Translations under genes and position numbers: made by a program
Assembly (NCBI GenBank): GCA_046757525.1
Contig: JBHHYI010000121.1
Coordinates: 1 to 12,589, forward strand
DNA from: a bacterium
GTDB taxonomy: Bacteria > Zhuqueibacterota > Zhuqueibacteria > Oceanimicrobiales > Oceanimicrobiaceae
Direction of reading: 5' to 3'
DNA: 12,589 nucleotides
Notes under the pieces: generated by a model
What the model was told of the DNA's origin: nothing
The model's input: the letters and a program-made list of their open reading frames with translations, nothing else
The model's database searches: none
Part shown: piece after piece, positions 1-6,055 of the stretch
Position numbering within the stretch: position 1 is the first letter of the stretch
Layout of the letters: every line of letters starts with the position of its first letter

Positions 1-53
1 AACAAGATGCCTCCTGCATGACAGGGCTGCCTTTGGCGTTTCCGATATTTAAA

Positions 54-76
54 GCAATCCGGTTGCACCGGGTTGC
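54..76. repeat. Short hairpin/palindrome, possibly REP-like
   Basis: GCAATCCGGT (54-63) - TGC - ACCGGGTTGC (67-76): 10-bp stem with one T.G wobble and a 3-nt loop, intergenic, no U-tract. Confidence 0.45.
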
Positions 77-97
77 GAGGGCTTCTAAGCACCTGAG

Positions 98-126
98 CTT
101 TACTAAACCTGGAAAATTCAGTAAAA
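98..126. promoter_or_regulatory. Putative operator, copy 1 (CTTTACTAA-N11-TCAGTAAAA)
   Basis: Imperfect inverted repeat whose half-sites and 11-nt spacing recur at 2712-2740; ends about 160 nt upstream of the ATG at 288. Confidence 0.55.
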
Positions 127-287
127 CTGAACATACGTCTTTACCGCCATTGCCCGCGCTTTTTTTGAGAAAATATTTGAGAGAAATTGTTGCATCTTCA
201 GGACTACTTAAATAAAGCTCAAACGACATGAACCAGGAACCTTTATTTTTCATTGCGGGGACAGATGTAACAAAGGAGGTGTAGGAA

Positions 288-1649
288 ATGAGGCTACGAG
301 AGTACCAAAGATTTGTCGATCTTCCACGCAACATCGCTGACAACCATTTTCTTTATTATAGGGAGCATGTAAATCCAAACGTTGCAAATCCGTGGACACG
401 GCCTGTAAAAACCCTTGCCCTGCGCACTCGAGAAGTGCGTGGCAAGCGTAGAAAAATCAGAGACTTTTTTGAGGACTTCTCTTTGAAAAACTTTGGAGCC
501 ATGCTCAAATGGTTTTGGTCGTGGTTGAAGCACCGCTTTCAAAGAACGCACAAGTTTGTCACCTACAAAGTTGGCAATCAGAAAACTGCCGGCATTCTTA
601 GAATAGAACCCGAATGCAGAATATTGTTGGCTTCAGACTGGGGCACGGCTACCGTTGACGCCATCGCCGTCGCCAACAAGATGAGAAACTTGATCAACAA
701 AGACTCAGACCCATTGAGCGCCGTGCGCCCGGTCATCACCATTCACCTGGGCGACGTGTATTACACCGGTGAAAAAGAGGAATACCGCGACTACTTCTTC
801 CCCTATTGGCCGGTGGGCACACACAAAGCCTACCCAACCTTGCTCTTGAACGCGAACCACGAAATGTATTCCGGTGGACACGGATATTTTGACTACGCCA
901 TCAAGCAAGTGAACCAGGAAACCAGCTACTTTTGTCTGGAAAATGATTACTGGCGCATCATCGGTCTCGACACCGGCTACCATTCGGTAAAAGCCGACAA
1001 AGGCCGGGCTGACAAGGAAAAGTCCAACAAACTCAAGCTCCCCAAGGCTTTGGTCAAATGGTTGCGAGATGTGGTATTTGCCGACCCTAACGACCGGCGC
1101 AGTCTCATCTTGCTAAGCCATCACCAGTGGTTTTGCTCTTTTGGGAGCGAATACCATAGGCCGGCTCAGCAGTTGAGTGCGTGGATCAACAGGCCGGTCC
1201 TGTGGTTCTGGGGCCACGAACACGTATTTGCCGCCTATAGCCTGACGGAAGCCGTAAAGGATGCCAAAGGTAAGACGGTCAAGGGCATCCCGGTTTACGC
1301 CCGTTGCATCGGCCATGGCGGCATGCCCGCGCAAATCGAAAGATTGAACAAGAAGTTAGCCGAGAACAGAAAAAAAGGAAGGTTGCGAGACCTGGTGGTC
1401 TGGGACCAAAGGATTGGCAGTAGCGTGAAAGAAACCGAGCTGGGTTACAATGGCTTTGTAGATTTAATGTTTCAAGGCAGCAAAGTCGTGGTCAGCTACT
1501 ACGACCGACAAGAAGCCGTTCTCAAAGAGTCGTGGCAGGCTACGCCGTCCGGCGTCCAGGGCACCTTGCTGTACAACAAGTTAGAGCCAGAAGCCGGCAG
1601 AAGAATTGAGGAATTGTTTGGGCCTACGACTGATCGCCAAGCAGCGTGA
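288..1649 (+). CDS. Calcineurin-like metallophosphoesterase with purple acid phosphatase-type motifs (453 aa)
   Basis: Ordered motifs SDWG (DxG, 633-644), GDVYY (GDxxY, 750-764), ANHE (GNH[D/E] variant, 852-863), LLSHH and GHEH (GHxH, 1212-1223). Strong SD AAGGAGGTG at 273-281. Confidence 0.9.
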   Translation: MRLREYQRFVDLPRNIADNHFLYYREHVNPNVANPWTRPVKTLALRTREVRGKRRKIRDFFEDFSLKNFGAMLKWFWSWLKHRFQRTHKFVTYKVGNQKTAGILRIEPECRILLASDWGTATVDAIAVANKMRNLINKDSDPLSAVRPVITIHLGDVYYTGEKEEYRDYFFPYWPVGTHKAYPTLLLNANHEMYSGGHGYFDYAIKQVNQETSYFCLENDYWRIIGLDTGYHSVKADKGRADKEKSNKLKLPKALVKWLRDVVFADPNDRRSLILLSHHQWFCSFGSEYHRPAQQLSAWINRPVLWFWGHEHVFAAYSLTEAVKDAKGKTVKGIPVYARCIGHGGMPAQIERLNKKLAENRKKGRLRDLVVWDQRIGSSVKETELGYNGFVDLMFQGSKVVVSYYDRQEAVLKESWQATPSGVQGTLLYNKLEPEAGRRIEELFGPTTDRQAA

Positions 1650-1874
1650 GTGGCGATGCACATGAGTGGCCTGCGTGGTAAAGTTAGACTTTTTTTATTT
1701 TATTGGAAACTATAAGGTTCGTTGAGCAGTAAGAGAAGGCACACCACTTGCGGAATGCTTCTTCCTCTCGCACGTTATCACATCTCTTCAGCACTTCATC
1801 TTTCAATCACGCTCCAGACCTTACTGCCTTTTGGGTTCACCAGGACGTTTCGTCTCTTTTTAGTTTTTAGTGCA

Positions 1875-2666
1875 ATGAAGAAAAAAACCGTTACGATTAA
1901 CATTCGTCTGGCCGGCGTCGTCGTTCTCTCCGGGTTGTTTATTCACGGTTGCGCCCTGTTCGGCGGCAAACGAGGTGAGACCAGGCTGGTCGACCAACCA
2001 ATCTGCCCGGCCCTGGATGTGAATTCGACCAGGGAGTTGATCGACAACAATTTTGCGGCGAAATTCGAGCAGCAGGCCAACGACCATTCGGCCTTCATCT
2101 CGGTTTCTTCCAACGTGAGCAACCCGTTTGATAGGCAAAATGTCATCGCGCTAAAGTCAGCACGGGTAGAGTTCGATTTTGAAGACGAATCGGTGGACGC
2201 TGGTGATCTGGGCGGTTTCTGGGCAAGATGGAAAACTATTTTGATTCCCTTTGATGCAGAGATCGAAAGAGAGTTCACCAGCCAAAAATCTGATCTTGAA
2301 AAACTCTTGCATTACTCGAAGTTAATCGAACGTTTGCAAAACCATGAAAACAAAGTGGAGGCAGAACTGTCGGGTCCGTTTCTTTCCGACACCAACCATT
2401 GTGAGTGGGGCGACTCGGATTTAATCCCAGCTCAAACTGTGCACTATTCGAATCGCAGCGTGTACGATTGGGATTTCTTCCCGGGTGAAAATCGGGTCAT
2501 CGGCGTCATCTATGAAGGAGACGAGGGCGTTGGCGACGATTTCATCGCCTGGCTGGACATCTCGCGGGACGACGGGGAAGTGGTGGTTGAAGAAAATGGC
2601 AAGTTTAGAATTGTATTAAACGCCCTTGGGAATGTGCCGGACAGAGTTTCTTCCTTGCCAAGATAG
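1875..2666 (+). CDS. Hypothetical acidic lipoprotein (about 263 aa) with C-terminal C2-like acidic motif
   Basis: From ATG 1875: MKKK basic n-region, hydrophobic LAGVVVLSGLF, lipobox-like IHG-C. The 51 codons upstream (from TTG 1722) look like non-coding read-through. No clear SD. The mature part is D/E-rich. Confidence 0.7.
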   Translation: MKKKTVTINIRLAGVVVLSGLFIHGCALFGGKRGETRLVDQPICPALDVNSTRELIDNNFAAKFEQQANDHSAFISVSSNVSNPFDRQNVIALKSARVEFDFEDESVDAGDLGGFWARWKTILIPFDAEIEREFTSQKSDLEKLLHYSKLIERLQNHENKVEAELSGPFLSDTNHCEWGDSDLIPAQTVHYSNRSVYDWDFFPGENRVIGVIYEGDEGVGDDFIAWLDISRDDGEVVVEENGKFRIVLNALGNVPDRVSSLPR

Positions 2667-2706
2667 AGCCAGGGGGCTGCTTTCAAAAAACGGCTTCTCG
2701 ACTCTA
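2664..2706 (+). terminator. Possible stem-loop immediately after the lipoprotein stop
   Basis: GAGCCAGGGGGCTG (2666-2679) can pair with CGGCTTCTCGACTC (2691-2704) using several G.U pairs and two mismatches; there is no U-tract, so support is weak. Confidence 0.25.
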
Positions 2707-2711
2707 ACCAT

Positions 2712-2740
2712 CTTTACTAAACTCTTAGAGCTTAGTAAAG
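2712..2740. promoter_or_regulatory. Putative operator, copy 2 (CTTTACTAA-N11-TTAGTAAAG)
   Basis: Perfect 9-bp inverted arms (2712-2720 / 2732-2740) with inner CTCT-T-AGAG; the first 11 nt are identical to 98-108; ends about 175 nt upstream of the first oxidase start. Confidence 0.6.
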
Positions 2741-2917
2741 GTGCGTGGCTTCGACCCATTCAAATTCATAAAACAGATTTCAAAACTTAATTCAAGTCAA
2801 AAATAAACATTGGCTCGATTGCATTGCCGCCTGGAACACATGTTGATGCCAGACAGGGTGTACAATATCCGGCACAAATTTTTGACAATTCCATGAAGAA
2901 CACGAGGAGAATACGTG

Positions 2918-4444
2918 ATGAATGCAATTGCTCTCGGCTCAGACGGATTCTATCATCCAGGCGATGAGGCAGAAATCTGTCAATTGGTGCAGTACGCAAA
3001 TCTGCGCGGCCTAAAAATTCGCGTGCGCGGCGCGGGCCATTCGGTGGCCTCGGCAATCTACACACACCGTCCCCGGACGCACCAGACCCATGACGGGGGC
3101 CTCAACCTCATGCTCGACAAGATGTACAAAGTCACCTTTGACGATGCCAGGATGCAGGTGACCGTGCAAGGGGGCTGCCATCTCGGCAAGGACCCGTCCG
3201 ATCCCACCCAGACTTCCACCGAAAAAAACAGTCTTTTTTACCAACTCGACCAGCGGGGCTGGGCCCTGCCCACCACTGGTGGCATCATCCATCAGACGGT
3301 GGCCGGCTTTCTTGCGACCGGCTCCGCCGGGGGCACGCTGATGCACTCGCTCGGCGAGCACATCGTCGCCATAAGAGTGGTAGATGGCACCGGAATGGTG
3401 CACGAGCTTGCTAAGGATAAAGACAGAGATAAGTTTTACGCCGCCGGCGTGTCCCTGGGCTTGCTGGGAATCATAACCGCGGTGACCTTCCAATGCGTCG
3501 AAAAGTTCCACGTCATGGGTCAGGAAACCACGACCAAAATTGCAGATTGCAAAGTCGACCTGTTTGGAGCTGGCCGTGGAGCGGACCGGCCCAGTCTACA
3601 GGCCTTCCTGGAGAGCACCGAGCACGCGCGTTTGTTGTGGTGGCCGCAGCAAGGTGTAGAAAAAGTAACGGTGTGGGAAGCTCACAACATGCAAGCGGAA
3701 GATTACACCGCTCAGACAGGCACTCCTGAGGATTTCAAACCGCAGCCGTACCAGCAGTTTCCACGAATCTTTGGCTCAGACAGCCTAGCGCAGGTGCTGG
3801 CGGGACTGTTCTACCGAATGCCAGCTTTCCTGCAGAAACTATTGGTTGCGCCGGCCATCAATCTGTTTTCCAGCACGGTGGGCGAAGGAGGCACGCAGAA
3901 GTTCTGGGACACCTGGTGGAAGGTGCTACCCATGGACAACCGACTCAGCGACAAGTGGATCCCGTACGAATTCAGCGAGTTGTGGATTCCCATCTCCAAA
4001 ACCCTCGAGGTGGTGCGCAAGCTGTGCGATCACTATCGTAACAGCGGCTTCCAGGCCACACGCGCTCTGCCTTGCGAAATTTACGTGAAGAAAAAAAGTC
4101 CGTTCTGGATGAATCCGGCTTACCAACAGGACGTGGTAAGGATCAACCTGTTTTGGTTCGGCCGCAACAAACAAGACCCTGTGACCAGCTATTTCCCACA
4201 ATTCTGGCAACTGCTGCAAGCGTTTGATTATCGACTGCACTGGGGAAAATATCTTCCCGCTGACCCGTCCGAATACTTGAGGTCCCGCTATCCAAAGTGG
4301 GACGACTTCATGAAGATTCGAGCGGAAATGGACCCCAATCAGATTTTCGTAAGCGACTACTGGCGCACGCGCCTTGGCATCGACACAAAAACTACCTTCA
4401 GTGCAGCCAGTTCAAAGACTCAGGGTTCAGCGGTAAGGCTTTAA
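2918..4444 (+). CDS. FAD-linked oxidase, L-gulonolactone/D-arabinono-1,4-lactone oxidase (ALO, VAO/PCMH) family, copy 1
   Basis: RVRGAGHS flavinylation motif (His codon 3038-3040), QTVAGFLATGSAG, VSLGLLGIITAVT, C-terminal RLHWGK (HWGK 4238-4249) and MDPNQIF. SD GAGGAG at 2904-2909; start is ATG 2918 or GTG 2915. Confidence 0.88.
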   Translation: MNAIALGSDGFYHPGDEAEICQLVQYANLRGLKIRVRGAGHSVASAIYTHRPRTHQTHDGGLNLMLDKMYKVTFDDARMQVTVQGGCHLGKDPSDPTQTSTEKNSLFYQLDQRGWALPTTGGIIHQTVAGFLATGSAGGTLMHSLGEHIVAIRVVDGTGMVHELAKDKDRDKFYAAGVSLGLLGIITAVTFQCVEKFHVMGQETTTKIADCKVDLFGAGRGADRPSLQAFLESTEHARLLWWPQQGVEKVTVWEAHNMQAEDYTAQTGTPEDFKPQPYQQFPRIFGSDSLAQVLAGLFYRMPAFLQKLLVAPAINLFSSTVGEGGTQKFWDTWWKVLPMDNRLSDKWIPYEFSELWIPISKTLEVVRKLCDHYRNSGFQATRALPCEIYVKKKSPFWMNPAYQQDVVRINLFWFGRNKQDPVTSYFPQFWQLLQAFDYRLHWGKYLPADPSEYLRSRYPKWDDFMKIRAEMDPNQIFVSDYWRTRLGIDTKTTFSAASSKTQGSAVRL

Positions 4445-4484
4445 GATGTGCACACAATACCTTTAACCACTTATGGAGGAAAAA

Positions 4485-5999
4485 ATGAAATTCAAAACAC
4501 GAAAGACCTGGAAAAACGACTCTGAAAACCAGGTTGTTCAGCCGTTGCGACAATACCAACCCAGAAGCCTTAAGGAGGTCATCCAGATCGTCCAGGAGGC
4601 TGAAAAGCACAACCTGCAAGTGAAAGCCATTGGCTCTGGCCACTCCTGGTCGGACGTCGTGGTAACCACAGATTGTCTGGTGAAACCTGAACGATTGAAC
4701 AAAGTTCTCCGTCTCGACACCTCGCTGCTGAACGATAGTGTAGACACCTCTGACCTCATCCATGTGGAGTCGGGTCTCAGCATTCGGGACCTGAACAAAG
4801 AGCTGGATTCCCGCGGCCTGGCGCTGCCCAACATGGGAGGCTATGACGCTCAGACCATTATCGGGGCTATTTCAACCTCAACGCACGGCTCCGGTATTGA
4901 ACTGGGGCCATTCGACACGATTGTAGCGTCGCTCGAGCTGGTTTCCGATGGCGGGACCGTATATCGAATCGAGCCTACCGACGGCATAACCAACCAGACC
5001 GAATTCAACAAAAAATATCCAGATCGAAAACTCATCCAGGATGACGAATGGCTCAACGCCGCGGTGGTCAGCATGGGGTGCATGGGTGTCATCTATTCAG
5101 TCATTCTGCACGTCGTCAAGAAATTCTGGCTCGAGGAAGTTCGCACGCTGAGCACCTGGGAGCAGGTTAAAAGGGACCTCAAAAAAGGCGACGTCCTGAA
5201 GAACAACCGGCACTATGAACTTTACCTCGACCCGTACAAGAAAAATGGCCAGCACACGTGTCTGGTAACCGTGCGAAATGTAACCAACGAAATCCAAAAC
5301 TTGTCCCCGGACAAAAAGAACCGAAACTTTTTTTCGGAATTCCTGGCCTCGATTCCGTTTGTCCGCAAAATCATGAACTTCGTTTTTAGACTTGAACCCA
5401 AGATTGCCCCGGACGTCATTCAAGGGGCCCTGGAAGGGTTGGTGGACGACGGTTACACCAATGTCAGCTACAAAGTTTTTCACATCGGCAGGGCCAGCCG
5501 GATCACCGCCATCTCCCAGGAAATTGGCTTTCCTCTCAAAGACGACGCCTATCTGGCGGCAATCGATCGGTTCCTGGAAATGGCGGAAGAAAACCGGTCC
5601 CTCGGCAAATTGTACCACAATTCTCCGGTGACCATACGCTTTGTCAAAGCTTCGAACGCATTTCTCTCCATGATGCATGGCTACGACACCTGCATGGTCG
5701 AAATCATCCTGATGAAGGGTACGCACGGCGGCTTTGAAATGATGCAGCGCTATGAAAACGAATTGTACAAATTCTCCGGGCGCCCGCACTGGGGTCAGTT
5801 AAACACGCTGACGTACGACGTGATTAAATCGCTTTACCCTGAGTTTGACACATGGTTTGGCGTTTACAAGAAACTCAACCAGAATGGCACTTTTTCAAGC
5901 CCGTTCACCAAGCGCGTTGGGTTTTCCAAAGAGATCGTGCAGCAACCTCTGGAGTCAACGGTGTCCGATGCGACAGTAACGGCTGCAACGCACGCTTAA
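4485..5999 (+). CDS. FAD-linked oxidase, ALO (VAO/PCMH) family, copy 2
   Basis: N-terminal TWKN, KAIGSGHSWS (His codon 4641-4643), QTIIGAISTSTHGSG, VSMGCMGVIYSV, GRPHWGQ (HWGQ 5787-5798). SD GGAGG at 4475-4479 favours ATG 4485 over ATG 4473. Confidence 0.9.
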   Translation: MKFKTRKTWKNDSENQVVQPLRQYQPRSLKEVIQIVQEAEKHNLQVKAIGSGHSWSDVVVTTDCLVKPERLNKVLRLDTSLLNDSVDTSDLIHVESGLSIRDLNKELDSRGLALPNMGGYDAQTIIGAISTSTHGSGIELGPFDTIVASLELVSDGGTVYRIEPTDGITNQTEFNKKYPDRKLIQDDEWLNAAVVSMGCMGVIYSVILHVVKKFWLEEVRTLSTWEQVKRDLKKGDVLKNNRHYELYLDPYKKNGQHTCLVTVRNVTNEIQNLSPDKKNRNFFSEFLASIPFVRKIMNFVFRLEPKIAPDVIQGALEGLVDDGYTNVSYKVFHIGRASRITAISQEIGFPLKDDAYLAAIDRFLEMAEENRSLGKLYHNSPVTIRFVKASNAFLSMMHGYDTCMVEIILMKGTHGGFEMMQRYENELYKFSGRPHWGQLNTLTYDVIKSLYPEFDTWFGVYKKLNQNGTFSSPFTKRVGFSKEIVQQPLESTVSDATVTAATHA

Positions 6000-6055
6000 A
6001 GCAACTCAAGTTTACCGGATCTATATTTCTACCAAAGAAAGGATGGAATAGTTCT

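Noticed and set aside
18..215. 65-aa + strand ORF
   Set aside because: No SD, no recognisable motif, and it runs across the hairpin and the putative operator; most likely non-coding.
1760..1860. Hammerhead-ribozyme-like words on the minus strand (CTGAAGA, GAAAC)
   Set aside because: The core following the putative stem II is GAGA rather than GAAA, and the required stems cannot be formed in the permutations I tried.
1722..1874. N-terminal 51-codon extension of the lipoprotein ORF
   Set aside because: It would bury the signal peptide that starts at ATG 1875; TTG start with no clear SD.
98..2740. The two 29-bp palindromes as tyrosine-recombinase (dif/att-like) sites flanking a cassette
   Set aside because: Central spacers differ in sequence and are longer than the usual 6-8 bp overlap; no recombinase is in the window.
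2832..2866. Possible sigma54 promoter TGGAAC-N5-TTGAT and a TACAAT -10 box upstream of the oxidase operon
   Set aside because: The -12 element is GA rather than GC and no equivalent exists before gene 288; TACAAT (2861-2866) has no -35 at correct spacing. Too weak to call.
5097..5789. 230-aa minus-strand ORF, and the other short antisense or alternate-frame ORFs in the track
   Set aside because: They lie within or overlap well-supported genes, show no family motifs, and are explained as shadow ORFs.
2918..5999. Ascorbate biosynthesis (L-gulonolactone oxidase) annotation for the oxidases
   Set aside because: Family-level similarity only; the lactone-binding signature appears altered in both copies and no sugar-acid pathway genes are adjacent.
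5852..6055. N-terminal extension of the ceramidase ORF from ATG 5852
   Set aside because: Overlaps the second oxidase by 148 nt and hides the lipoprotein signal beginning at ATG 6056.
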